Part shown: piece by piece, positions 9,124-19,534 of the stretch
Position numbering within the stretch: the first letter of the stretch is position 1
Layout of the letters: each line of letters begins with the position of its first letter
DNA from: an uncultured Gammaproteobacteria bacterium
GTDB taxonomy: Bacteria; Patescibacteriota; Microgenomatia; UBA1406
Length of the DNA: 64,000 nt
Assembly (NCBI GenBank): GCA_964414145.1
Contig: CAYPVH010000006.1
Span: 16,357-80,356 of the forward strand
Direction of reading: 5' to 3'
Translations under genes and position numbers: made by a program
Notes under the pieces: model-generated
The model's input: the letters and a program-made list of their open reading frames with translations, nothing else
The model's database searches: none
What the model was told of the DNA's origin: nothing

Positions 9124-9970
9124 AATTTTATTATATACTCATACTATGAGATTAAAGGTAATATTGGTACTTGTTCTAGTAATAGCTTCAATTGTTGTCA
9201 TTACTCACAAGGAAAACTGTACAAATGCTTTTTCTGTTCAGGATTATACGGAAAGCAAGAAGGGCTCAATAAAGATTTGCGATAAAGCAGTTTATTACAA
9301 CGATTCTAAAATTGTTGATGATAAGGAAAACAGCGAGCTTTTTCACTACAAACTATCCAACAAGATAGAGGACACTAAACAATATGTAAGAATCTTTGAG
9401 GACAATAAGCAAACATATATAGGTATAATCTCAGTAATTGATTATGCATCTTGGTTCAAGTCTACTATTAGCGTATATAAAAAAGAACCAGTCGGATTTA
9501 AGGAAATTTTTAAACTGCCCTTTAAAGATGTACCCGGGAGATTCGCTAAGATTAGTTTTGTTAACTATAACTTGTTTGATTATCACAATATTGAAGTTTC
9601 TGGAGATGTTGGATACTTGGGTTGTTACGGATGTCTTATTAATTGGGTAGACTATTACCGTTGGGATAGCAAAAAACAAAACTTTGTTCTTGTTAACAAT
9701 CAACATAAGCGCGAATTTGAGGATTTACTAAAAAGATTTGAAGAACAAAATCAAAGTGCTTGTTTGGAAACTTCAGGAACTCCGGGAGTAATCTCCGAGT
9801 TATACCCTGCTCGTAAAGATAGTAAGGGTTTTTGTGATGATAGAGCCATTGTTCCTTATATAACTACTAAGCAGGCAAAAACGCTACTACAGGCAATAAG
9901 GGCTGCAAAGTTAATCATTAAGAATGATAATATTTCCAGCAAAGAAGTAAAAAATATTGTAATAGAATAG
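9113..9970 (+). CDS. Hypothetical membrane-anchored/secreted protein
   Basis: N-terminal hydrophobic helix VILVLVLVIASIVVI, Cys-rich body. Confidence 0.45.
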   Translation: MLFIILLYTHTMRLKVILVLVLVIASIVVITHKENCTNAFSVQDYTESKKGSIKICDKAVYYNDSKIVDDKENSELFHYKLSNKIEDTKQYVRIFEDNKQTYIGIISVIDYASWFKSTISVYKKEPVGFKEIFKLPFKDVPGRFAKISFVNYNLFDYHNIEVSGDVGYLGCYGCLINWVDYYRWDSKKQNFVLVNNQHKREFEDLLKRFEEQNQSACLETSGTPGVISELYPARKDSKGFCDDRAIVPYITTKQAKTLLQAIRAAKLIIKNDNISSKEVKNIVIE

Positions 9971-9981
9971 GCTATTTACTT

Positions 9982-10557
9982 TTATCTACTAGGAAAGTAC
10001 TCATTCCAAGGCAAAAGCAAGTCTTCCACATTATGTAACGATTCATCTCGATAGTATTTTCTACTCATTGTTTTAAGAACAAGTTCTGTACATTTTTCAG
10101 ACGCAATCTTAACTCGCTCTGTGAAAAGTTTATTTTCATCAACTGGATCGCTCTTTTTTTCGTTCTGAATATGGATTCTATTTCTTATTTTTCGAAGACT
10201 ATCTAATACCGAATAAAATTTAGTATCCTTTGCATCAAAGAAATCGTTACTTTTGGCGTGTTGGATATATTTATCAAGCTTGTCGATTTCTTTATTCTTT
10301 ATATACTCTATTACTATTTTAGGTACGTTTATTACTCCCTCAAAAGTATGATATTTGATTCTATGATAAAAATCATGTAGAACAGCCTCGTTTATAGACA
10401 TTAACCATATTACAATTGGTTTAATCAAGAGCATTTTAGTTTTTGCATTATCGGAATTATACAAATCATAAAAATGATTTAGAATTTCCAAATTATAAAC
10501 AACATTGTCACCCGTTTTAAAGCTCCCAAAAAAATTAGACTTAATTATGAAAGTCAT
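9982..10557 (-). CDS. Hypothetical protein, last gene of the helicase/MTase operon
   Basis: 191 aa ORF overlapping the MTase stop by 4 nt. Confidence 0.45.
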   Translation of the reverse strand: MTFIIKSNFFGSFKTGDNVVYNLEILNHFYDLYNSDNAKTKMLLIKPIVIWLMSINEAVLHDFYHRIKYHTFEGVINVPKIVIEYIKNKEIDKLDKYIQHAKSNDFFDAKDTKFYSVLDSLRKIRNRIHIQNEKKSDPVDENKLFTERVKIASEKCTELVLKTMSRKYYRDESLHNVEDLLLPWNEYFPSR

Positions 10558-13500
10558 ACTTTTTGGCTTTCGACAATTTTAATTTCTTCTTCAGTTAACT
10601 CATACAATTTATAAACCATTTGGTTGATCTTTTTTTCTAAGTTCACTTGCTCAATAGGTGGATTCTGAGGATCGTAAGAATGTTGTTTTGTTATTTCTAA
10701 AATCTGATCAACTAATTTGACAATTTTATTTTGCTTTGTTTCATCAACAAGTTTTATAGGAGTCTCCTCAAGAGGTTTTCCATAAAGTTCAAGTGAGTTA
10801 CCTTTTTTCTTTCCTCTGTAATAAAACCATAAAAAGTAAAGTTTGCTATTAAGTAGAGCCAATATATATTTAAGTTTGAAACTCTCTCTAAACTCTTCTC
10901 TTAAAGTTGTGATCATTATATCTGATTGTTCATAGTTCTTATCATTCTCGTAAGCAAATATGTTTTTCTTAGCCCTTCTAGAATTAGTTATTTTTTCTTC
11001 TTCGAAATACCACCTATCTCTTGGCCAATGAAGTGAATACCAAGGAATCCTACCGTTTTTACATTCTCGTTTCTCTTGTAATATTTTTTTATATTTTATT
11101 AGGTGCTCTTTCAAATTTGGAAAATCATCCAAGTTATGATCTTTAGTTAAATAGATTATAAAATAGTCTTCTTGTTTTAATATGTAGTATCTAAAGATAT
11201 GAGAATTTTTATAAAATGGATGAACAATTTTTCTCTCTCCATCATTCAAATTAAGATTTTTTAATTCATCTTTATTCAATACGAATATACCCTCACCTTT
11301 AACGCCATTAATTTTGTATTTCTGCATGTGTTTAGTAGTTAAAACATCGGCGCCCGACACAATACCTTGCTTTATATGACAAATATTCCCTAATAGGTAG
11401 CCTACATCTTCTATCTTATTAAGAATCTCATTTGATTTACTTTTTGAAACTCCAATTCCCTCAATTCTTAAATAGTTTTCCACTCCATCATATAAAAATT
11501 TTTGACCAACCTCATAGTAGTTTGTTTTTTTATCGTTTCCAAATAGAATGTTGTTTAATATATTTTCATCTGCTTGTCCCACTTGTTTTGTCAGAATATT
11601 TTTTGACTTCAATAAACGGTCATTATTTTTACTAAAAATAGTTATCATGTTATGTTGACCTAGCGCTGATTTAAATATTTTCAACTCATTAAAATTAATT
11701 AGATTTAGAATAACTGCTCTTTTTTTCAAATCCTCTCTCAATTTTTTAGCACCATATGCTGTGACATAATAATTGGTTGTAATAAAAGCTACATAACTAT
11801 TTTCTTTTGCAATGTTTAAGGCTAAGTGAAAAAAGAAGTAAAACAAATCCATTTTTCCCTGATAAAAGTCATTAAGGTTTCCTTTTGCAATTTCTCTAAA
11901 TATTTCTTTATTTCCCTTTTCTCCAACATAGGGTGGATTTCCAATAACTATATCGAAACCACCTTTTTCTTTAAACACATCACTAAATTCAAGTTTCCAA
12001 ATGAAAAATGGCTTAATATTTTTATGTCTAAGCTTAATTAAATTGTTAAGCTCTTTAATCTTCTTCTGCTCTTTAAATGATTCCTCAATGATTTCCCATT
12101 TTAAGTTATCAATATATTCTTTTAATGTTTGCTTCTTTGTCTTTTGTGATTCATCTACATATTGACTTATCTTATTTTGTAAATCTTCAAGTTTAATTTC
12201 TGAATTTGATTTACCAAAACCAAAAGGCAACTGCTCGGCTTTAAACTCTTTTGATTTCTTAAATATTCCCTCATCAAACAACTTAATTCCTTCATATTCT
12301 GAAATCAGACTATTACCTTGCATTATTTTGTGATCAAGGTTGGGAAGTGGACTTGGAGTAGACTCCTCTACAATAAGAGTTAGCCACAAACGTAGTTTGG
12401 CAATTTCAACTGCTCCTGGGTCTATATCAACTCCATGAATTGAATTAGAAATCGCATGTTTTTTAAGTTGATAGTCGGTTAGTCTTTTATCTAAATAAAT
12501 GTTTAGGATTTTTCTGGCTCTGACAATTTCATTAATCATCCCCAATGGAAAAGCTCCTGAGCCGACAGCTGGATCAGCAACCTTAATGTTCATTAGAAGC
12601 TCATCCAACTCATTTGCCTTTTTTATAATAGATTCAGCCAATAAGAGCTCATATTTGCCAGTATACTTATAACCTCGTTTTTGCTTTTCTCTAATCTTCT
12701 TTAAGGCAACACTATCATTTTCAATAATTCTATCGCCCGTATAAATAAAGCTCTCAATGTCTTTTCTTTCAATCCCTTCAGTTTCAGACTCTAAATAATT
12801 GATCAGACACTCTTGGCACATATAATGCACAATTTCTCTTGGGGTATAAAAGGCACCTTTGCTTTTTCTATCTCTTACTTGGAGTAAATTTTCAAAAACC
12901 TTACCAAGCATTTCTGGATCAACAGCAACTTCTTTTTCTAAAGGTTCATTTTCATTAACAGTGAAGTTATACCTATCAAAAACATCTAAGATTCCGTTAC
13001 CCTTATCTCCATTTTTTGTGGGAATATTATTGGAGAACACTTCATCTGGGATGTCGATGTTGGTAGTTTCCCATGCATAGTCATTCATTGGCTCAAACAA
13101 ACCACCATTTAAAAATGGCATCTTACAATTATTGAGTTTTGGGTAAAATGAATTCTTACCTCTATCCTGAGCTAGTGCTTCATAAAACAATGGCTCTAAT
13201 ACATCATTGAAAAAGTTTTTTCCATATTTTGATCTTCTCTCAAAAAGCTCTCTTAAAAAGTTTTTAGGTCCATCTCCCCAAGACTTATTTGGTGCAACTC
13301 CAAACCAACCTTTCTTTTGAAGAAAATACAAGAAGATAATCTGACCCATTGTCTTCTTTGCAAAATCAACAGTATCGATTTCCTTAGAACTAAACTCATC
13401 TTTAACACTTTCATCATTCAAAATGATTTTCTCTAAATTCTCTTTGAAAACTAAGAAGAGTTCTTTGTATTTTTCAAAGAACTCATTAGTTACGACTTCA

Positions 13501-14060
13501 ATGTCAAACGCAGATTCAAATTCTTCAAGGTTTGGTTTTTGATTGCTTACCAGTAAATTAACAAATCTGCTCTGTGCAGTATGTGTGCCTTCATTTTTCC
13601 CGACCAAAAAAGACCATCTTTTTGCTGGTGTAATTTCTTCTTTAGTAGTAATCTTATTATTTTTAACTTCTAGAGAATGCTCAAGTTTTATAAGTGAGAA
13701 ACGCCAATCATTTTTACTCTGAGGGATAAACGCAACTAGTGCGGCTAGTTTATTATTTGATTTTAAGTAGTCTGCAACGAAATTTCTTTGGGCTGTTCTT
13801 GCTTTATCCAGTGATTTATCATTTGTTAAATTTACTTCTAAAATATCTATCTTTTGTGACTTATTATCCTCAAAATAACCAAGCACTCTATAGTTATCAA
13901 TAAATGACTTGAAAGAATCTTTTACATACGTGTTGTCAACATTTTTATTGACTCTTGTAAAATCTTTTAGCAAATTGCTAATAAAGAGTTGAAATTTACC
14001 ATCAGTAAACTCTGTACTAAAAACTTCTTTTATTATTCTTTTTGCATCACTTTGTTTCAT
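10554..14060 (-). CDS. PglX/Type IIG/Type ISP-like N6-adenine DNA methyltransferase (Eco57I family, gamma-class) with C-terminal target-recognition region
   Basis: FYTPREIVHYM, VADPAVGSGAFP (motif I), GVDIDPGAVEIAKLRLWL, and catalytic NPPY (VIGNPPYVGEKG). N-terminal LDKARTAQRNFVADYL..ALVAF..DWRFSLIKLE resembles PglX/Type IIL N-termini. 1168 aa. Confidence 0.8.
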   Translation of the reverse strand: MKQSDAKRIIKEVFSTEFTDGKFQLFISNLLKDFTRVNKNVDNTYVKDSFKSFIDNYRVLGYFEDNKSQKIDILEVNLTNDKSLDKARTAQRNFVADYLKSNNKLAALVAFIPQSKNDWRFSLIKLEHSLEVKNNKITTKEEITPAKRWSFLVGKNEGTHTAQSRFVNLLVSNQKPNLEEFESAFDIEVVTNEFFEKYKELFLVFKENLEKIILNDESVKDEFSSKEIDTVDFAKKTMGQIIFLYFLQKKGWFGVAPNKSWGDGPKNFLRELFERRSKYGKNFFNDVLEPLFYEALAQDRGKNSFYPKLNNCKMPFLNGGLFEPMNDYAWETTNIDIPDEVFSNNIPTKNGDKGNGILDVFDRYNFTVNENEPLEKEVAVDPEMLGKVFENLLQVRDRKSKGAFYTPREIVHYMCQECLINYLESETEGIERKDIESFIYTGDRIIENDSVALKKIREKQKRGYKYTGKYELLLAESIIKKANELDELLMNIKVADPAVGSGAFPLGMINEIVRARKILNIYLDKRLTDYQLKKHAISNSIHGVDIDPGAVEIAKLRLWLTLIVEESTPSPLPNLDHKIMQGNSLISEYEGIKLFDEGIFKKSKEFKAEQLPFGFGKSNSEIKLEDLQNKISQYVDESQKTKKQTLKEYIDNLKWEIIEESFKEQKKIKELNNLIKLRHKNIKPFFIWKLEFSDVFKEKGGFDIVIGNPPYVGEKGNKEIFREIAKGNLNDFYQGKMDLFYFFFHLALNIAKENSYVAFITTNYYVTAYGAKKLREDLKKRAVILNLINFNELKIFKSALGQHNMITIFSKNNDRLLKSKNILTKQVGQADENILNNILFGNDKKTNYYEVGQKFLYDGVENYLRIEGIGVSKSKSNEILNKIEDVGYLLGNICHIKQGIVSGADVLTTKHMQKYKINGVKGEGIFVLNKDELKNLNLNDGERKIVHPFYKNSHIFRYYILKQEDYFIIYLTKDHNLDDFPNLKEHLIKYKKILQEKRECKNGRIPWYSLHWPRDRWYFEEEKITNSRRAKKNIFAYENDKNYEQSDIMITTLREEFRESFKLKYILALLNSKLYFLWFYYRGKKKGNSLELYGKPLEETPIKLVDETKQNKIVKLVDQILEITKQHSYDPQNPPIEQVNLEKKINQMVYKLYELTEEEIKIVESQKV

Positions 14061-14064
14061 AAAA

Positions 14065-17000
14065 TTAGTTACCTATAAAATATTCTGAGAGAATAATTTC
14101 CTTTTTTGCAGAAGCGTTCATATTTATTCCATTATCTGAATCTTCTAAAAATTCTGATGGAAGAGTAGTTTTTAAAATCCCCAAAATCTTGATTGGATTA
14201 TTAATAATCTCAATATTTTGAGATAGCTCTTGATAAATTTTCTGAGTTACTTTTTTAGGGATGCCTCCGTTATTAAGTTCAATGATAACTCTTCGCACAT
14301 ATTCTTCGTCATCTTCAGTAAACTTTTCATAATTTTTTACTTGCTTAGCATTTAAGATTTTAAAAAGCCTAGCGGCATTATCTCTACTTCCTCTTTTGGT
14401 TGAAAATTCATTCTCTTCATAATCTTCTACCTGATTTAACATCGAAAGATTCTTTTCAAGTAATTGGTAGAATAACTCATCAATTGTCATTTTCTTTTCG
14501 CTAACATTGGCATGCAATGTCTTTGCTGCTTCAATAAAGTCTATTTCAAGCGCATCAGTAGAAAAAGAGCTTTCGACAATAAAGAATTTCTGAATTTTTC
14601 CTTTTCTAAAGTATGTTAAAAGCTCTGTTTTATAATTCTGTGACTTTCTTGCAGTGCGAGCTTTCTTGGGGAGTCTTTTTATTTTTGCAAACAGTTTGGG
14701 ATCATTATCTCTGATATCTCTGATTTCTCGTAAGTATCCCAAGTAGCTTTTTTCATTTTGATCTTCTCCCTCAATCATTTCTTTTGAAAGTATTCGACTA
14801 AATAAACTATGTCCTTCTGGAACTTCATCGTCTGTAAGAAGCTTTGCATCAGCACCCAGTAAAGTAATAAATGCTTGAATTTTTGCTTCGGCTAGTTCTT
14901 TTAGTTTAATTTGCTCGTTGGACTGCTCAGTAGGGAATAAAGTATAGGTATAAATTTCTTTATGCTTGGTATCGACTCTATTTATACGGCCCACTCTTTG
15001 CATAATCTTGGTGGGATTCCAAGGAATATCGTAATTAATTACAACATTGGCTTGATGAAGGTTAGCACCTTCAGATAAAACGTCAGTAGTTATTAAAACT
15101 TTATAGTCATTTTTTATGACTCTGGAATTTGCATCAAAATTTTCCATCACAATTTCTCTCTCTGCTAGAGAACTACCACCTGAAAAATAAATGATTTGGT
15201 CTGGAAAAATATCTTGCAGGTTTTTTAGTAGGTATTCTGCCGTCTCTTTTGATTCAGTAAAAATAATAGACTTACCACTTTTTACTGGTTCTTCTAAAGA
15301 TAGTTTTTCTTTAAAAGCTAGAATCTTGGGATCCCTAGAGATATTAGCCCAAAGTTTCTTTATATTTCTCAAAATTTCTAAATCTTTTTGTAAATTCGTA
15401 ATATATTTTTCAGTGAAATCCTTAGACTTAAATTTTTCAGCTTTATTATTTTCTACTAATTTGTCGATAGATTCTAAATTTCCTTCATCTAAATAGTCAA
15501 ATATTTTTTGTATATGGCTTCTACTGACATATACACTTCCATTTTCATATGTTTTAATAAATTTTTCGTAGGAAGAAATAAATCGATCAATTGTTTTATT
15601 AAAAGCGTAAAAGCTACTTTCCAGTCTTTTTATCAACAGCATTTTCATGAATTTCATCATGTTTTTCTGTTTCTGTTTTTCTTGGTTAGTAATTCCTTTG
15701 TAGTATAAAAGAGGAGTGTAGCGTGAGTACTTAAAATCATTAGTAATTATTTTTAAAGTTTCAAAAAAAACAGCGTCTTCTTCTTTGCTAAATTCGTAAA
15801 ATATTGGTGCAGGATCAGCAATTTTAGGAAAACTCATTTTTCGATTTTGCAGATCATCACCATAATATTTAATAATTTCTGTTCGGGTTCTTCTTACCAT
15901 TAAATATTTAAGAACTTTTTCCCTAATCAACCTAGAATTTTCTTTTGTTACATCAATGTATCTTTGCTTATCTCTCTTTCGATCTAGATCCTTTAATTTA
16001 TTATCCAAAACCTTAAAAAATCCTTCTAAATTCGGCAAGTTAGGAATGGTACTTTGCTTTGATCTTTGAAAGAGTTTTATTTGAGACAGTAGGTCTTTTG
16101 GTGAGTTATTATATGGAGTAGCTGTAACAAGAATAACCTTTTTCCCTCGGCATATTTGAGCAAGCTTTGCATAGGTTTCAGTTTCTTCTGTGCGGAATCG
16201 ATGTGATTCATCAACTAAAACTATATTATATTCTTTATGTAAATTTTTATCGATAATTTTATCCAGCATTCCAATTGATTCACATCTATAGTCTTTAGAT
16301 CTAAAACCAAAGTTTTTAAAAGAATTTTTCCAGCTACCTTCGTTATTTTCATCAATCAAGTGCGGAGGTGCTAATACCAAAATTCTACCTGCTAGCTCTT
16401 GGCAAAGCATAGTACCCATATATGTTTTGCCAAGACCAACAACATCAGACAAAAATACACCACCATACTCGTCAACAATTTTCTTTGCGTTGATAACAGC
16501 ATGATCTTGATATTTCAGTTCTTTGAAATTATCTGGTCTGTAATTGTGACTTAGATTTTCTTCTTCATTAATTTCTTCTCTGAAGTATTCATAGAGAAAT
16601 TTCAGATAGAGTTCGTATGGTGTAATGTCTTCTCTAATCCAAGTATCCTTTTCAATTGTCTCAATATATTTTTCACAAACATCAATGCCATGTTCCCAAA
16701 GTTCATTAAATTTATTCAATGCAAATTTGTAGTCTGAAGGGTTTTTAAGCTCAACATTAAATTCTAAGTTATCTATCAAACCACTTTGTGTAAAATTACT
16801 GGAACCAGTAATGACTCTCCCAAGATCTCGATCATCTTCATTAAAGGTCATTATGTAGAGTTTTGAATGAATTTTTTCTTCAGGGTAAGCTCTTATTTCA
16901 AGCTTTCCAGACTTTGCCCATTCAAGAAACTTATGTACTCCTGTCTCAACTTCATGGTTGTTTTCACTCTTATCCATCTCATTTTTAATACTCTCACCAA

Positions 17001-17250
17001 TATCATCACCAATTTCCTTGTAGGATTTTGAGACTTGAATAAGATCGTAAGTTTGCTTATTGGTACTGATTCCGATTAAGATTCTAATCTTTTCAGTTTT
17101 TTCGAGCTGAGGGTATATAGCGTAAAAACCACTGGTATAGAAATAACCAACTAAAATATCAAATAGACGAGTATCTTTGACCAAAACATTAAATCTACTT
17201 TTTAGGTTTTCACCATTCTCATTAGTAATAAATGTTAAGTCTGTACTCAT
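14065..17250 (-). CDS. PLD-family nuclease domain fused to SF2 (DEAH/SNF2-like) helicase
   Basis: N-terminal HKD motif HSKLYIM..GSSNFTQSGL; helicase motifs GLGKTYMG (I), VLVDESHRFR (II), LVTATPYNN (III), QRVGRINR (VI); 1061 aa; 5 nt upstream of the MTase gene. Confidence 0.8.
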   Translation of the reverse strand: MSTDLTFITNENGENLKSRFNVLVKDTRLFDILVGYFYTSGFYAIYPQLEKTEKIRILIGISTNKQTYDLIQVSKSYKEIGDDIGESIKNEMDKSENNHEVETGVHKFLEWAKSGKLEIRAYPEEKIHSKLYIMTFNEDDRDLGRVITGSSNFTQSGLIDNLEFNVELKNPSDYKFALNKFNELWEHGIDVCEKYIETIEKDTWIREDITPYELYLKFLYEYFREEINEEENLSHNYRPDNFKELKYQDHAVINAKKIVDEYGGVFLSDVVGLGKTYMGTMLCQELAGRILVLAPPHLIDENNEGSWKNSFKNFGFRSKDYRCESIGMLDKIIDKNLHKEYNIVLVDESHRFRTEETETYAKLAQICRGKKVILVTATPYNNSPKDLLSQIKLFQRSKQSTIPNLPNLEGFFKVLDNKLKDLDRKRDKQRYIDVTKENSRLIREKVLKYLMVRRTRTEIIKYYGDDLQNRKMSFPKIADPAPIFYEFSKEEDAVFFETLKIITNDFKYSRYTPLLYYKGITNQEKQKQKNMMKFMKMLLIKRLESSFYAFNKTIDRFISSYEKFIKTYENGSVYVSRSHIQKIFDYLDEGNLESIDKLVENNKAEKFKSKDFTEKYITNLQKDLEILRNIKKLWANISRDPKILAFKEKLSLEEPVKSGKSIIFTESKETAEYLLKNLQDIFPDQIIYFSGGSSLAEREIVMENFDANSRVIKNDYKVLITTDVLSEGANLHQANVVINYDIPWNPTKIMQRVGRINRVDTKHKEIYTYTLFPTEQSNEQIKLKELAEAKIQAFITLLGADAKLLTDDEVPEGHSLFSRILSKEMIEGEDQNEKSYLGYLREIRDIRDNDPKLFAKIKRLPKKARTARKSQNYKTELLTYFRKGKIQKFFIVESSFSTDALEIDFIEAAKTLHANVSEKKMTIDELFYQLLEKNLSMLNQVEDYEENEFSTKRGSRDNAARLFKILNAKQVKNYEKFTEDDEEYVRRVIIELNNGGIPKKVTQKIYQELSQNIEIINNPIKILGILKTTLPSEFLEDSDNGINMNASAKKEIILSEYFIGN

Positions 17251-17520
17251 ATTTACATCCTTTTCTATATAGGTTATTCTTAACTAAATTCAATTGAACT
17301 CACATTCAATTATAAAACAAATGCTTTTACTTTTATATTATATGTGTGTGATTGCTCTGGGCCCAAAGCTTTTCACATAAATCTTTCTTTGAATTCAAAC
17401 TTAATAATCACATAAATTTTATTAACCTATAGGACTATTATAACTTAGTTTTAACAAAAAATACTCATTGGGAGAGAAAAAAAATAATTAAAAAAACACT
17501 ATAATATTAATAATGTGATG

Positions 17521-17540
17521 AATTTGGTGTTCACCAAATT
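17521..17540. promoter_or_regulatory. Perfect 9-bp-arm palindrome (candidate operator) in a divergent promoter region
   Basis: AATTTGGTGttCACCAAATT, between the divergently transcribed helicase operon and the ParB/MTase gene; tandem aatgaaaaatgaaaaatgaatgaggtgtgaggtgtag follows. Confidence 0.4.
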
Positions 17541-17693
17541 TAAGCGGTTATTGAAAACCACTGAATCACATCTCTTCAAATAATGAAAAATGAAAAATGA
17601 ATGAGGTGTGAGGTGTAGTTTTTAGTAGCCGCTTTTTTTGTTGCTGCTAAAACTTAGAAAGTAAGTGAGTTATTAACAGTTACTAGTTTAAAT

Positions 17694-19022
17694 ATGGAAA
17701 ACAAAACGAAACTTAATGTCGAATATGTCGACATAAACAAACTAAAAGCAGCGGAATATAATCCACGAAGATGGGAAAAAGCTGCAGTTACAAGTTTAAC
17801 TAAAAGCATTCAGAAACATGGCTTAGTAGACCCTGTTATAGCAAACAGCTTTCAGGAAAGATATGGAGTAGTTATTGGCGGACACTTTCGCTTAAAGGTT
17901 GCAAAGGACTTAGGTTACAAACAAATTCCAGTTGTCTGGCTAAATATTTCAGAGATTGAAAAGGAGAAAGATTTAAATCTGAGACTAAATAAGGCAGTTG
18001 GAGATTGGGACTGGGATTTATTGAAAAGCTTTGATGAGAATCTGCTTTCAGACATTGGTTTCTCCTCTGAGGAGCTCGATAAAATCTTTGATTTTGATAA
18101 CCCTGAGTTGTTTGATCTTAATAAAGAATTAGAAAAGCTGAATATAAAGGAAGTTAATACTAAAAAGGGAGATATTTATCAGCTGGGAGAGTCAAGATTA
18201 ATGTGTGGTGACAGTACAGTTGAAAGTGATGTTTTGAAGCTGATGAATGGAGAGAAGGCAGATCTGTGCCTAACAGACCCGCCATATATACTAGACTACC
18301 TTAATGGCAAGCAAAGACATGGGAAACCAACCGTTGGTTTTGGGGCAAAGAAAAACCGAAGGTATCTGGAGACGGATATTTTGCCTCCTGACTTTACTGA
18401 GAAATGGATGGCTAATATTAGCAAAGTACAAAATAAAGACTTTTCCATAATAGTATATGAGAACTGGAAAAACATAAGAACTATATGGGGTGAAATGGAG
18501 AAATACTGGAAGGTAAGAAATATGATTGTCTGGCATTTGCCAAATAGAGTTCAAGGCTTCTCAGCTAAAAGCAAGTTTTTCAATAAACACGATATTGCAA
18601 TGGTTGGAACAAGCATTAACTCAATTGATTTAAATAATGAGCAGGAAGAAGAGCTTCTTCAAAACGAATATGAGACAGCTCTCTTTGCAATATCAGGCAA
18701 GGCATACTGGGAACCATATAAAAAGGGGAAAAAACATTGCCCAACAGACTTTATTGAATACAAAGCAAGCGACGAAAAATCCTCAGGGCAAGGAGTGATC
18801 TTCGGTACAAAACCAATAGATATATTAGTTCCATATATTAAGGTATTAAGTAGAAGGGGCGATCTATTAATTGAACCTTTCTCCGGAAGCGGCAGTACTT
18901 TAATTGCAGCAACAAAGTTAAAAAGAAGGTGTTATGGTATGGAAAAGTCTCCTGTGTATTGTGAAGTAATTATTAAACGTTTTGAAAAGTTTACCGGACT
19001 GAGAGCTAAAAAAATAACATGA
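17694..19022 (+). CDS. ParB-like N-terminal nuclease domain fused to N6/N4 DNA methyltransferase (phage/plasmid-type orphan MTase)
   Basis: ParB-N block VIGGHFRLKVAKDLGYKQIPVVWL; MTase motif IV LCLTDPPYI; C-terminal SAM-binding IEPFSGSGSTLIAA typical of PF01555-type methylases. Confidence 0.75.
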   Translation: MENKTKLNVEYVDINKLKAAEYNPRRWEKAAVTSLTKSIQKHGLVDPVIANSFQERYGVVIGGHFRLKVAKDLGYKQIPVVWLNISEIEKEKDLNLRLNKAVGDWDWDLLKSFDENLLSDIGFSSEELDKIFDFDNPELFDLNKELEKLNIKEVNTKKGDIYQLGESRLMCGDSTVESDVLKLMNGEKADLCLTDPPYILDYLNGKQRHGKPTVGFGAKKNRRYLETDILPPDFTEKWMANISKVQNKDFSIIVYENWKNIRTIWGEMEKYWKVRNMIVWHLPNRVQGFSAKSKFFNKHDIAMVGTSINSIDLNNEQEEELLQNEYETALFAISGKAYWEPYKKGKKHCPTDFIEYKASDEKSSGQGVIFGTKPIDILVPYIKVLSRRGDLLIEPFSGSGSTLIAATKLKRRCYGMEKSPVYCEVIIKRFEKFTGLRAKKIT

Positions 19023-19534
19023 AAAGCATAGAGAAAAGAATCAGTAGAAACAAAAGAGAGCTTCTAAAACATTTAGAGACTATGCCAATTGTTCAGATTG
19101 CCTGCAAGAAGGAAGGTGTTGGCCGATCAACTTACTATCGTTGGCGAAAAGAAGATCCAGTGTTTTGTAGAGAAGCAGACAAAGCACTTTCGCAGGGTAA
19201 AGCACTGATGAATGATTTAGCAGAAAGTAAGTTATTAACTGGAGTAAAAGAGCAGAATATGACTGCAATAATATTTTGGTTGAAGAATAATCACCCTAAT
19301 TATATGAGTTCTTTTAACAAACTAAATAAGGATCAAATGGAAACTCTACTAGACATATTTGTCAATGCATCAACAATTAATAATTACAACAGTTTAAAAA
19401 AGATATTTAACCTAGAGATACCAGTTAAAATAATACGTCCAGTATTAAGCCTGTTAAAAATCATTGTCAGTAACAAAAGAGAGAATAATAACTACAGAAA
19501 ATTAAAATTATTGTCTGAACTCAAAGGAAAATGA
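19019..19534 (+). CDS. Phage-like HTH protein (terminase-small-subunit-like or regulator)
   Basis: GVGRSTYYRWRKEDPVF..AIIFWLKNNHP pattern common in phage small terminase/HTH proteins; start overlaps the upstream stop. Confidence 0.35.
   Translation: MKSIEKRISRNKRELLKHLETMPIVQIACKKEGVGRSTYYRWRKEDPVFCREADKALSQGKALMNDLAESKLLTGVKEQNMTAIIFWLKNNHPNYMSSFNKLNKDQMETLLDIFVNASTINNYNSLKKIFNLEIPVKIIRPVLSLLKIIVSNKRENNNYRKLKLLSELKGK

Noticed and set aside
11432-13080. Short antisense ORFs inside the MTase and helicase genes (11432-11635, 11826-12041, 12859-13080, 15191-15708 and similar throughout)
   Set aside because: They are embedded in the opposite strand of long genes with clear motifs, are AT-rich and low-complexity, and have no start context.
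9982-17250. Canonical BREX or DISARM system
   Set aside because: A PglX-like MTase and a helicase are present, but PglZ, BrxC/PglY, BrxL and DUF1998 (DrmB) signatures were not found anywhere in the island. The architecture fits a split Type ISP/IIG-like RM better.
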